Part shown: piece after piece, positions 1 through 9,103 of the stretch
Layout: every line of letters starts with the position of its first letter
Numbering within the stretch: position 1 is the first letter of the stretch
From: an uncultured Chloroflexia bacterium
Lineage (GTDB): Bacteria; Chloroflexota; Chloroflexia; Thermomicrobiales; UBA6265
Direction: 5' to 3'
DNA: 64,000 nucleotides
Assembly (NCBI GenBank): GCA_963724295.1
Contig: CAVRUC010000004.1
Location: forward strand, 256,001 to 320,000
Made by a program: the position numbers and the translations under genes
The notes under the pieces: model-generated
Seen by the model: the letters and a program-made list of their open reading frames with translations, nothing else
Database searches by the model: none
Told to the model about the DNA's origin: nothing

Positions 1-1233
1 AGCCTCATCGCCGCCGGGGCTGCCGGAGCAGTTCGTATTGCCCGCGCCCGGCACGACCTCGCGGCCACCGCGCAACGGCTGGTGCTGCGCGATCGTGCGC
101 TCGCTCTCGCCGCCGCTCTGGACTCCTCACGAAGCGCGGTGATCGACCTGGCGGAGAGCCACGTCTTCACGCTCATGCCGGTCTGGTCCGGGAGCAGCCC
201 CCTGCAACCGACGAACGTTGCCCATTTTCTGACGGGTACGATTGCTCCGCTGGGCCGCTCAGCGCGGAAGCTCCATGGGCTCTACGAGGATCTCGACCGC
301 TCGCCGCTCGGCTCCGCCGCGCTGGCGGGACCGGGTCTGCCGGTCGATCGGGACGAGACCTCCGATCTCCTGGGGAGCGAAGGTCCTGTCGAGAGCACAT
401 TTGACGCCCTTTCCGCGGTCGACCATCTCGTCGCGGCCGGGGATGCCGCGGCGGCATCCGTCACCCCCGTGCGACGGCTCGCCAGCGAGCTAATGCTGTG
501 GCTGCGTACCGAGCCTCAGGCGCTACGCCTCGCCGACGAGCTCCTCGCCGCACCCGACGCCAACCTCCCGCATTTTCGCCCCCCGGCGCTGCTCGAACGC
601 TTGGCAGCGGACGCTCGGCAGGTGGAAAGCGATGCGGCGGCCATCGCCAGCATGACTCGCGACATTCCCTATGGACCCGTCGGCGAGATGGCCGACTTGC
701 CCGCCGAGACCGCCGGCGCCGCGCTCTCCAGGGCGGCGACTTCTCATGCGACATTCGCAATGGTGCTCGGAGGTCCCATCGAGATCAACCGCGCGTGGCT
801 GGCCCGCAACGCCGGTCAAGCCCTGGTCACCTCCGGTGATCTGACCGACTTCTTCATGGCGGAGGAGGCGCTCGACCCCGCCGCGGCGCGTGAGATCGCC
901 GCGATGACCACCAGCCGGGCCCGGCAGGAAGGGCTGGAGGCGAGCGCCATTACGCCGGCCATGATCGACGCCGCGGCGCTGCTGGTCATCGGACGCGAGC
1001 TCGGCATCGAGATCGAGCGGCTCGGCGCCTACCTCGCGCCGCGACGTTTCATTGAGAAGCGCACCGTCCTCGGTGGACCAGCCGCTCCCGCCGTGCGGGA
1101 CTACCTGAGCCTGGAGCGGAACCGCCTCGAGGCAGACCAGCGTTGGCTGGAGGAGAAACGCCGCCGCATCGCTTTGGCGGAGGAAAACCTGGAGATCCGC
1201 ACCCGCGAGATCCTCGACGCGGTTTCCGGGTAA
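1..1233 (+). CDS. Argininosuccinate lyase-like (fumarase/aspartase superfamily) protein, 5' truncated, degenerate active site
   Basis: Frame open from base 1. SPLGSAALAG and C-terminal R..LGGPAP match ArgH, but the RSRND, TH and SSxMPxKxN motifs are altered. Confidence 0.75.
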   Translation, partial: SLIAAGAAGAVRIARARHDLAATAQRLVLRDRALALAAALDSSRSAVIDLAESHVFTLMPVWSGSSPLQPTNVAHFLTGTIAPLGRSARKLHGLYEDLDRSPLGSAALAGPGLPVDRDETSDLLGSEGPVESTFDALSAVDHLVAAGDAAAASVTPVRRLASELMLWLRTEPQALRLADELLAAPDANLPHFRPPALLERLAADARQVESDAAAIASMTRDIPYGPVGEMADLPAETAGAALSRAATSHATFAMVLGGPIEINRAWLARNAGQALVTSGDLTDFFMAEEALDPAAAREIAAMTTSRARQEGLEASAITPAMIDAAALLVIGRELGIEIERLGAYLAPRRFIEKRTVLGGPAAPAVRDYLSLERNRLEADQRWLEEKRRRIALAEENLEIRTREILDAVSG

Positions 1234-1287
1234 AGCGGTCGCCGGGTTACGACATCCAACAATCGCCATCACTGCACCGCGCCGGGG

Positions 1288-1293
1288 TACAAT
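1288..1293 (+). promoter_or_regulatory. Putative sigma70 -10 element of hflX
   Basis: TACAAT about 30 nt upstream of the GAGGAGGT Shine-Dalgarno. Confidence 0.4.
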
Positions 1294-1335
1294 TGGGAGT
1301 CCACCGCCGTCAGACGTAATCCCGAGGAGGTTCCC

Positions 1336-2730
1336 ATTCCACGCTCTCCCCATTCCACGAACAGCCCAACTGAACAGGCCCTCCTGATCGCAGTCGAGCG
1401 TCAGAATCAGCCCTGGGCGGCAACCGATTCCCTGGAAGAGCTGGCGCGGCTGGCCGAAACTGTCGACGTCGAGGTCGTGGGCTCGGTAACCCAGAAGCTC
1501 GCGCATCCCCTGGCCGGTACCTACGTTGGCAAGGGAAAGCTCGAGGAGATCAAGGCCCGGCGCGATGACGTCGGTTACGACGTCGTCATGGTCGATGACG
1601 ACCTCAGCCCAGCCCAGCAGCGCAACCTGGAGCGTGCGCTCGACGTCAAGGTCATCGATCGCACAGCGCTCATCCTCGATGTCTTCGCCCGCCGCGCGGC
1701 GACGCACGAGGGACGCCTGCAGGTCGAGCTGGCCCAGCTCGAGTACCGGCTGCCGCGTCTGACCGGTTTGTGGACCCACCTTTCACGGCAGGGTGTCGGC
1801 GGCGTCGGTCTGCGCGGCCCTGGTGAGACCCAGCTCGAAAGTGACCGGCGCGAGCTCGGCAAACGGATCGTCCATATCAAGCGCGAGCTGGCCGACGTCC
1901 ACACCCATCGCCAGCACTACCGCGACCGCAGGCGTGACGTGCCGATTCCGGTCGTCGCCCTCGTCGGGTACACAAACGCCGGCAAAAGCACGCTCCTCAA
2001 CGCACTGACCGGATCGACCGTGATGGCCGAAGACAAGCTCTTCGCCACCCTCGATCCCACCACTCGCCGCCGCGCGGTGCCCAGTGGCCGGGAGGTACTG
2101 TTTACCGACACCGTCGGCTTCATCAACAACCTGCCCACCCTGCTGATCGCCGCCTTCCGCGCCACCCTGGAGGAGATCAACGAGGCTACGGTGCTGTTGC
2201 ACGTGGTCGACGTCACGCACCCCAATGCACCGGAGCAGATGCAGACGGTCATCGACGTGCTGGAGGAGCTGGGCGCCGACGACAAACCAGTGGTGACGGC
2301 ACTCAACAAGGTCGACCGCCTGATGCCGAATGGATCGGGCGAACCGTTGCTAGACGACCTGCTCGCCAGGTTAGGTCCAGCCGCCGATCTGGCGGTCAAT
2401 CCCATCCCCATCTCGGCTCGGGACGGCACCGGGTTCGACCAACTGCTGGCACAGGTCGAGGTGGCGCTGGAAGAGGACGCCGGCTTTGTACCGGTGACGC
2501 TCACCGCGCCGTTCGCCCAGAGCGAGCTCGTCGACCGTTTTCACCGGCTGGGACGCGTGAACGAGACCAGCTTCGATGAATCAGGCACGACCCTGCAAGG
2601 ATACCTCCCGGTCGGTGAGCTGGGACGGTTCGCGCCCTATCTCGTGCGCCGGACGGACGATGGCAGCGCGAATGGCAGGACCGAGCGGGGCACCTCGATC
2701 GCGGCGCCGACTTCAGTCCTCCAGGACTAG
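1336..2730 (+). CDS. hflX: GTPase HflX (probable ATT start at 1336; first standard start GTG 1477)
   Basis: GPGETQLE, GYTNAGKST, LFATLDPT, DTVGF and NKVD motifs. The conserved N-terminal SLEELARLAET lies in frame upstream of 1477. Confidence 0.95.
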   Translation: MPRSPHSTNSPTEQALLIAVERQNQPWAATDSLEELARLAETVDVEVVGSVTQKLAHPLAGTYVGKGKLEEIKARRDDVGYDVVMVDDDLSPAQQRNLERALDVKVIDRTALILDVFARRAATHEGRLQVELAQLEYRLPRLTGLWTHLSRQGVGGVGLRGPGETQLESDRRELGKRIVHIKRELADVHTHRQHYRDRRRDVPIPVVALVGYTNAGKSTLLNALTGSTVMAEDKLFATLDPTTRRRAVPSGREVLFTDTVGFINNLPTLLIAAFRATLEEINEATVLLHVVDVTHPNAPEQMQTVIDVLEELGADDKPVVTALNKVDRLMPNGSGEPLLDDLLARLGPAADLAVNPIPISARDGTGFDQLLAQVEVALEEDAGFVPVTLTAPFAQSELVDRFHRLGRVNETSFDESGTTLQGYLPVGELGRFAPYLVRRTDDGSANGRTERGTSIAAPTSVLQD

Positions 2731-2732
2731 TT

Positions 2733-3308
2733 GTGGCGCTGATCGATCTCGAAGCACGTGAGATCCACGCCAAGATCGTCTATTTCGGACCAGAGCTGAG
2801 CGGCAAGACGACGACGCTGCGCGCCATCGCGGAGGGTGTTCCGCCGGAGACCCGCGGCGCCTTCCGCTCGATCGCCTCTGAATCGGCGCGCACTATCTTC
2901 TCGGACTCCCTGCCGATCGATCTTGGCGAGCGCCTTGGATTCCGGTTGCACTGGCATCTCTACACCGTGCCCGGCCAGCCGAGATCATCCGGCGCGCGCG
3001 CCGCGGTGCTGCAAGGGGTCGACGGCATCGTCTTCGTTGCCGATTCCGCGCCGCTTCGCATGGCGGAGAACATGGCCTCGCTGGCGGAGCTCAAGGCCCT
3101 GCTGGCGGGGCAAGCAAAATCGCTGGAGAGCTTCCCGGTCGTCCTGGAGTGCAACAAGGCGGATCTCCCGGGTGCGACGCCCGCGATCGACCTCGCCACC
3201 TCGCTCCACCTTCCCACGTCCACCGCCGTCCGGGCCTCGGCCATCAACGGCGAAGGGGTCTTCGACGCCCTGCGCGCGATCAGCAAGCAGGTCGCGGCCA
3301 GACTGTAG
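2733..3308 (+). CDS. mglA: MglA-family small Ras-like GTPase
   Basis: REIHAKIVYFGPELSGKTT, RTIFSD, LYTVPGQ, GVDGIVFVADS, NKAD. Confidence 0.85.
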   Translation: MALIDLEAREIHAKIVYFGPELSGKTTTLRAIAEGVPPETRGAFRSIASESARTIFSDSLPIDLGERLGFRLHWHLYTVPGQPRSSGARAAVLQGVDGIVFVADSAPLRMAENMASLAELKALLAGQAKSLESFPVVLECNKADLPGATPAIDLATSLHLPTSTAVRASAINGEGVFDALRAISKQVAARL

Positions 3309-3383
3309 CGGACCTCTCCTCACCCCAAGCCGCCGAGACGTCGGTCGGCAGCCGATTCGAAAGCCGCGAGGGGTTGGACCCAT

Positions 3384-3407
3384 GTAGGGGCACGGCATGC
3401 CGTGCCC
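3384..3407. repeat. GTAG-type REP-like palindrome
   Basis: GTAGGGGCACGGCATGCCGTGCCC: GTAG followed by a GC-rich hairpin. Confidence 0.55.
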
Positions 3408-3543
3408 GCTGTCGCCCGCCGCGACATCACAGGTCCCACGCCGGAATATCGACAAGCGACGCTGCGAGGCCGCCCCTCCGCCGAAAATGATGCCAAAATC
3501 GGGTCGCGGGGCAGCGGCCAGGTACCGGAGGAGGTGATGGACC

Positions 3544-4320
3544 GTGGTTGCGTTCAGCGTCGATTTGACTGGCAGGGTGGCGATCGTCACCGGCGCAAGC
3601 CGGCGGCGCGGCATCGGGGCCGCGATCTGCCGTGCCCTTGCTAGCCACGGCGCCGATGTCCTGTTCACGCACTGGCAACCCTTCGATCAGACCCAGCCGC
3701 ATGGCGCCGACCCGGATGGTCCGACGGTGCTGCAGCGCGAGCTGCAGGGGTTCGGGGTGCGGGTCGAGGAGCTATCAGTCGACCTCGCCGACCCCGCCGG
3801 CCCGTCCCGCGTATTGGATGCGGTCGAGACGCGGCTCGGTGCCCCGTCGATCCTGGTGAACAACGCCGCCCACTCCACGAACGACGACTACCGGACGCTC
3901 GATGCCGCCTCACTCGATGCCCACTACGCGGTCAACGTGCGGGCCACGGCGCTGCTATCCGTCGAATTCGCGCGTCGTTACCGCGGTGGTCCCGGCGGCC
4001 GGATCATCAACCTCTCGTCCGGACAGGGTGTGGGGCCGATGCCGGACGAGCTCTCCTACGCCACGAGCAAGGGCGCCATCGAGGCCTTCACTGCATCGCT
4101 GGCGGCCGGTGTGGCCGCCAGGGGAATCACGGTCAACGCCGTCGATCCGGGCGGCACAGACACCGGCTGGATGCCCGAGGAACTCAAGGCGGACATCTTG
4201 CGCGAAATGGGGTTCGGCCGAATCGGTCAGCCGGAGGACGCGGCGCGCCTGATCCTGTTCCTGGCCAGCGATGCCGGGGCGTGGATTACCGGGCAGACGA
4301 TCCACTCCCGCGGCGCGTGA
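3544..4320 (+). CDS. SDR family oxidoreductase
   Basis: TGASRRRGIG, LVNNAA, YATSK, VNAVDPG, WITGQTI. Confidence 0.92.
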   Translation: MVAFSVDLTGRVAIVTGASRRRGIGAAICRALASHGADVLFTHWQPFDQTQPHGADPDGPTVLQRELQGFGVRVEELSVDLADPAGPSRVLDAVETRLGAPSILVNNAAHSTNDDYRTLDAASLDAHYAVNVRATALLSVEFARRYRGGPGGRIINLSSGQGVGPMPDELSYATSKGAIEAFTASLAAGVAARGITVNAVDPGGTDTGWMPEELKADILREMGFGRIGQPEDAARLILFLASDAGAWITGQTIHSRGA

Positions 4321-4505
4321 GCGGGGTAATCCTGGCTGCTCCCCCATCGGCTACATTCTTGTCTCCCACAAAGTGCATTTGAGTCGCTAACGTCGGCCGG
4401 ACGCTCCGTCCCTCTTGAACCGATCGGACGGGGTGCGCAGGAAGGCGGCCCTCGCCGTCCTCGGGTATCATCCGCGCCGTTCCCGACCCGAGAGGAGGCG
4501 ATGCA

Positions 4506-4886
4506 GTGACGACATCCCACGGCTTGACGTTCACGATGGCCACGCTCAGTTCGCCGGACCCTCCCGCGCTGGCGCGCTTCTACGCACGGCTGCTGGAATG
4601 GGAGATCGAGACTGAGGATCCCGGGTGGGCGACGCTGCGCAACCCCGCTGGCGGTGTTGGCCTGGGCTTCCACATCGAGGACGTCTACACCCCACCGGTA
4701 TGGCCATCCCGGCCGGGCGAGCAGCTGATGATGGGACACCTAGAGATTCGGGTCGACGACCTGGAGGCCGCGTGCGCCCACGCCCAGGCGTGCGGGGCGA
4801 CGCTGGCCGACTTCCAGCCCCAGGACGATGTTCGCGTCCACTTCGACCCGGACGGGCACCCGTTCTGCCTTTACCTCGAGACGTAA
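4506..4886 (+). CDS. VOC/glyoxalase family protein
   Basis: LARFYARLL, HLEIRVDDL, DPDGHPFCL. Confidence 0.88.
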   Translation: MTTSHGLTFTMATLSSPDPPALARFYARLLEWEIETEDPGWATLRNPAGGVGLGFHIEDVYTPPVWPSRPGEQLMMGHLEIRVDDLEAACAHAQACGATLADFQPQDDVRVHFDPDGHPFCLYLET

Positions 4887-4983
4887 AGCGCACCGGGCGA
4901 GTACGCTCGGTTCGCGTGCCTGTGAGGGCTGCTTGCGCCGCTCGTCCCATAAGTGGATGAGCTGACCACACCCCACACCCTCG

Positions 4984-5481
4984 TCAACCCCGCTCCGCGT
5001 CGTGCGCTGACCAGAGTCTTTCCAGCCAGTCCGGTACGGTGGCGTCCGGACGCAGATCGTCGCGTGGCGCGTAGCCCTTGATGTCGAGAATCGGGGTGCC
5101 CGGCCAGGCGTCGATGCCGCTGACCCACAGGGTGCGACCCGCGCGGCGAAGCAGTTGTGGAGCGCTGACGCCGAGCGGGTTCGGACGGCGCGGGGTACGA
5201 GTCGCAAACAGTCCCACCTCCGGCAGCTCTGTGCGCCCCTCTGGCACGTGTCTGCGAGGCGTCCGCGCCCGGCGGGCTCGGTCGAGCCAGAAGATCACGA
5301 AGAGGTGGCTGTACTCCTCGATGCCGGCGAGTGCGTCCTCCCAGCGCGGCAGGATCTCGAGCGCGGTCTCAGCCCAGGGGTCGTAAAACGCCTCGGGATC
5401 AGGCTCCGCAGCACCAGGTCGACGCACGTACCCAATCGGCTGCACACGGAACCAACGAGACGGCCGTTCCCCTGTGGTCAT
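4984..5481 (-). CDS. trmO: TrmO/TsaA-like SAM-dependent tRNA methyltransferase
   Basis: PIGYV, GLFATRTPRRPNPLG, IDAWPGTPILDIKGY. Confidence 0.85.
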   Translation of the reverse strand: MTTGERPSRWFRVQPIGYVRRPGAAEPDPEAFYDPWAETALEILPRWEDALAGIEEYSHLFVIFWLDRARRARTPRRHVPEGRTELPEVGLFATRTPRRPNPLGVSAPQLLRRAGRTLWVSGIDAWPGTPILDIKGYAPRDDLRPDATVPDWLERLWSAHDAERG

Positions 5482-5681
5482 TCCGATCTCCCTAAGCTCT
5501 TCGCGCGGTTGCAGAGTCCGGGCATGGTAGCGACGAGGCGAACCAGGTCCTCCTCAGGCAGATGACCAATCAGCTCCGGTCGCTTTCAGAATCAACCCGG
5601 CAAGAGGGCGTACAAAGCGAAGTGGCACCGGGTCATTCGGTGCCCGCAGAACCGGTTTCATAATTGAGTAGGCCTCACGAG

Positions 5682-6164
5682 CTAGCTGCCCTGCGTTGCA
5701 AGCTCCCAATCGAGAGGATTACCTTCGGGCAGGTCCAGCACACCGAGCCGTTCGAGGAGATGGAGCGCCTCGCTGCGGTGTTGCGCGTTGTGCAGGATGA
5801 CGTGCAGGATCGTGCTGCCAAGCGTCACGGGCTCGTCAACGAAGGTGTCTTCCAGGCGCTGCTCGTCACGCACCTGGCGTGCGAAGGCCGCGAAGGTAGC
5901 ATATGCACGCTCGTGGCGGTCCAGCAGCGCCGCCAGAGACCGGCCTTCGCCTGGACCATTGCCTGCCCCATCAACCGGCTGCCCGGTCATGACCGCGGTC
6001 CAGAACTCGACGACAGAGCTCATGTGCTCGAAGGTGGCGCGCAACGTCTGGTGTCCGATGTCGAACTCCTGATCCAGCTGCGCGTCAGTCAAACCGCGAC
6101 TCAGCGCCAGGAATTGGGCCGTCGTCCAGTGATCGTGTCCCAACAGGCGATCAAGAAGATCCAT
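5682..6164 (-). CDS. DinB family protein
   Basis: TLRATFEH and HVILHNAQHRSE His triad; ATG at 6164 with upstream GAAAGG. Confidence 0.85.
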   Translation of the reverse strand: MDLLDRLLGHDHWTTAQFLALSRGLTDAQLDQEFDIGHQTLRATFEHMSSVVEFWTAVMTGQPVDGAGNGPGEGRSLAALLDRHERAYATFAAFARQVRDEQRLEDTFVDEPVTLGSTILHVILHNAQHRSEALHLLERLGVLDLPEGNPLDWELATQGS

Positions 6165-6468
6165 TCGAGGCCTTTCATATGCAATGCCCACCTCGCGTGA
6201 TTGCGACGAACGCATGCTAGAGGACAAAGCGGGCATCCGGCTCCAATCACGGGACGATCGCCCAGCTTCGGAGCTGCAATGCGGTATGAAACTGGTTCGC
6301 GGTACGTCCCGGATGGAAATTCTGGAACCACCGCGTGTGTTTACCGGAGTCCCTGGCCGCAGCGAGCTCTTCCGCGAATGTATCCGCCGCGGGAGCTCTC
6401 GCGTGGACGCGTGATGCTAGTTAACATCACCCTAGCGAGCCGGAAGTCCTCCAGCGTGCTCCAGTCCG

Positions 6469-6846
6469 TCATTCCTCCTGAGCTCGACCGCTGAAGCTGA
6501 CCGACATGAGAGGGCTTCCCTCCAGCCAGGCCTCAAGATTTTCGGACCCACCCAGGTCCGAGAGAATGCGTGTTAAGATCGCGCGCTTCTGCTCTGGATT
6601 GGTAATCGGTGTCGCGCGAGCGGGAAGATCGGCCGCAACACTCTGCTTGAGGTGGAACGTGAAGCCGGGGTTGGCGAGGAGATTGGCGTACCAGTCGCGC
6701 CGCCCTGGCGAGCCCGTCAGGTAGATGTGGTCATCCACCCGGTAGAACCAGGTCTCGATGCGACGAGGGAGACCGCTGGTGCGCCCGATCGTGGTGATGT
6801 CGATGGTCCGGTCATTGGCCAGTCCATTGCGCACGCGCTCGTCCAT
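6469..6846 (-). CDS. Deazaflavin(F420)-dependent nitroreductase-like split-barrel protein
   Basis: ITTIGRTSGLPR, DWYANLLANP. Confidence 0.8.
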   Translation of the reverse strand: MDERVRNGLANDRTIDITTIGRTSGLPRRIETWFYRVDDHIYLTGSPGRRDWYANLLANPGFTFHLKQSVAADLPARATPITNPEQKRAILTRILSDLGGSENLEAWLEGSPLMSVSFSGRAQEE

Positions 6847-6873
6847 GACGTTAAAGGTCCCTCACCGTCATCT

Positions 6874-7842
6874 CTACCCGTCGTGTTCCTCTTCGCCGGT
6901 CAGCCAGCCCGCCCGGGTGTACTCCGGGTCGGGATGCGAATAAAAGCCGCTCCCTGTCTTCTCCCCAAGATCCCCTTCCGTCAGCTTCTCGTGCAGGATC
7001 GCCGACGGCTGGTCGGCGGGGTCGGTGGCGACCCGCTGGTATGACGTCTCGATGTCGGCGACCACATCCAGGCCAACCATGTCCATGATGCCGAACGGCC
7101 CGTATGGCGTGCCGAAGAAGAGCATCCACAGCCGGTCGACGTCGGCCGGGTCGGCGTGCCCCTCATCCACGACCCGCAGCGACTCCCGCTTCACCGCGCG
7201 CCAGACCCGGTTGATGATGAAGCCCTTGCTGTCGCCGCGCACGACCGCGGTGACCAGCCCCAGCGATTTGCCGAAGCGCTCCGCCGCCGCCATGACCTCC
7301 GGGCGCGTGGCGCCGCTGCCCATCAGCTCGACCATCGGCCGGCTCCAGACCGGGGCGAAGAAGTGCGTGTTCAGGAGCCTTCCCGGATCGTCGACCGCCG
7401 GCGCGATCTGGCTCGACGGCAGCGACGAGGAGTTGGTCGTCAGGATCGCATCTGGCGCCAGCCGCGACAGCTCCGCGAACAACGCCAGTTTCGTGTCGAG
7501 ATCTTCGCGCACCGCTTCGATCACGATATCGGCACGCGCCACGGCATCTGTCAGGCTCTCCGCGACAACTATGCGCCCGATCAGAGCGTCGAGGTCGGTT
7601 GGCGGCTCCAGCCGAAACTGATGGTGGGCGTAGCGCGGCAGATGTGGCAGCGTGCGGGTCTCCGTAGCGATCCGCTCCCGCGCCGCGGCGAGCATCCCCG
7701 GATCGGCGTCCCAGATGCGCACGGTTCGGCCGCTGCCGGCAATCAGGGACGCAATCTGGCGTCCCATCGTGCCGGCGCCGATGACCGCTGCCGAATTCAG
7801 CTCCCTCCCGCCGCCTTCTCCCGCAACCGCCTCACGATCCAT
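6874..7842 (-). CDS. 3-hydroxyacyl-CoA dehydrogenase family protein
   Basis: VIGAGTMG, IEAVRE, TNSSSL, HFFAP, GFIINR, GPFGIMDMVGLD; SD GGAGGAG before ATG 7842. Confidence 0.92.
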   Translation of the reverse strand: MDREAVAGEGGGRELNSAAVIGAGTMGRQIASLIAGSGRTVRIWDADPGMLAAARERIATETRTLPHLPRYAHHQFRLEPPTDLDALIGRIVVAESLTDAVARADIVIEAVREDLDTKLALFAELSRLAPDAILTTNSSSLPSSQIAPAVDDPGRLLNTHFFAPVWSRPMVELMGSGATRPEVMAAAERFGKSLGLVTAVVRGDSKGFIINRVWRAVKRESLRVVDEGHADPADVDRLWMLFFGTPYGPFGIMDMVGLDVVADIETSYQRVATDPADQPSAILHEKLTEGDLGEKTGSGFYSHPDPEYTRAGWLTGEEEHDG

Positions 7843-7926
7843 GCGCTGAACTCCTCCGCTGTCTGTATCGCAGCCGGTAGTCTGCCATGAGCATGGGTCG
7901 TGTCCAAACGCCGGTCGCCGGCAATT

Positions 7927-8033
7927 GCCCCTCATCCCCGGCCCTTCTCCCCTCGGAGCGGGGAGAAGGGAGCACGCTCAGCCGAGCAGCGAGCCCCTCT
8001 CCCTGCGCACAGGGAGAGGGGTGGGGTGAGGGC
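7927..8033. repeat. Nested-hairpin intergenic REP/BIME-like element
   Basis: CCCTCATCCC...CCCTTCTCCCC/GGGGAGAAGGG...CCCCTCTCCC/GGGAGAGGGG...GGGGTGAGGG. Confidence 0.6.
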
Positions 8034-8071
8034 CGTTGGGGGTAAGGACCACTGTCAGGTGATGACAACCG

Positions 8072-9103
8072 ATGACCACACAACCAACCAGATGCTACGC
8101 TCCGGTGGTGACGCCCTCTGATGTCGCCGCCATCTCGACGACCAACCTCACCAAACGCTACGGAGCGGTAACCGCCCTCGCTGGTATCGACCTCGTCGTC
8201 CCCAGCGGGGTCACCTACGGCTTCCTCGGGCCGAATGGCGCCGGCAAGACGACCACCATCCGCCTCCTGATGGGCTTTATCCAGGCGACATCCGGTGTGG
8301 CGCGCATCTGGGGTCACGACTGCTGGCACGACGGCGTTCGTGCCCGCTCCGACCTGGGGTTTCTCGTGCCGGCCGACGCGCTCTATCCCGACATGACCGG
8401 CCGCGCCCTGCTCGACTACATGGCCGCACTCTCCGGGAAGCGGCCTACGCTGCGGCCCCTCCTTCTCGATGCGCTAGAGCTTGGCCAGGATGCGCTCAAC
8501 CGTCGTCTCCACACCTACTCCAAGGGGATGAAGCAGAAATTGGCGCTGGCGGCGGCCATCCAGGCCAATCCCAGGCTGCTGGTGCTCGACGAGCCGACCG
8601 ATGGGCTCGACCCGCTGATTCAGCGCTCGTTCGAGGCAGTGCTGCGCCAGCTGCGCGACCAGGGCACAACCGTCTTCATGTCCTCACACGATCTGGCCGA
8701 GGTCGAGCGAACGTGCCAGCGGGTGGCCATCATCAGGGACGGGCACATCGTCGCGGAAGAGGCCATCGACGATCTGAAACGTCGTAACCGGCGTGTCGCC
8801 GAGGTGACCTTCGTCGCCGAACCGCCGGGACTTGATCTCCTGCCGGAGGTCGAGGTGCTGGAGCGCGACGGCGGCCGGGTCGTGATCGCGCTCGCAGGCA
8901 GCGTGATCCCGCTGCTGCGGTTCCTGGCCGCCCGGGACGACGTCCTCGACCTCCTCCTTTCCCCGCCGCGCCTGGAGGATATCTTCCTCGGCTACTACGA
9001 CACGAGTCGAGGAGTCGTGGAGTCGGGAAGTCGAGAAGAAGGAATTGTCTCCTCGACCCCTCGACTGCTCGACTCCTCGACTTCGCCGGCTGTGCGGCAG
9101 TGA
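8072..9103 (+). CDS. ABC transporter ATP-binding protein (ABC-2/drug-export type)
   Basis: GPNGAGKTT, YSKGMKQK, LVLDEP, SSH. Confidence 0.93.
   Translation: MTTQPTRCYAPVVTPSDVAAISTTNLTKRYGAVTALAGIDLVVPSGVTYGFLGPNGAGKTTTIRLLMGFIQATSGVARIWGHDCWHDGVRARSDLGFLVPADALYPDMTGRALLDYMAALSGKRPTLRPLLLDALELGQDALNRRLHTYSKGMKQKLALAAAIQANPRLLVLDEPTDGLDPLIQRSFEAVLRQLRDQGTTVFMSSHDLAEVERTCQRVAIIRDGHIVAEEAIDDLKRRNRRVAEVTFVAEPPGLDLLPEVEVLERDGGRVVIALAGSVIPLLRFLAARDDVLDLLLSPPRLEDIFLGYYDTSRGVVESGSREEGIVSSTPRLLDSSTSPAVRQ
9004..9085. repeat. Inverted array of 8-bp repeats inside the 3' end of the ABC ATPase gene
   Basis: About four (G/A)AGTCGNG units, a spacer, then about four CNNCTCGA units. Confidence 0.7.

Noticed and set aside
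1231..1336. Stop-codon readthrough fusing the ArgH-like ORF to hflX (same frame, one TAA)
   Set aside because: hflX has its own -10 and strong SD, and a shared frame is a 1-in-3 coincidence
523..1779. Long antisense or alternative-frame ORFs (for example 523-1779, 27126-28193, 32319-33497, 35433-36635)
   Set aside because: Shadow ORFs typical of high-GC DNA; they overlap well-supported genes and have no motifs
6165..6468. Small ORFs or an ncRNA in this intergenic gap, including GTGATG-N8-CATCAC at ~6411-6430
   Set aside because: No SD or recognisable motif; the palindrome is too short to support alone
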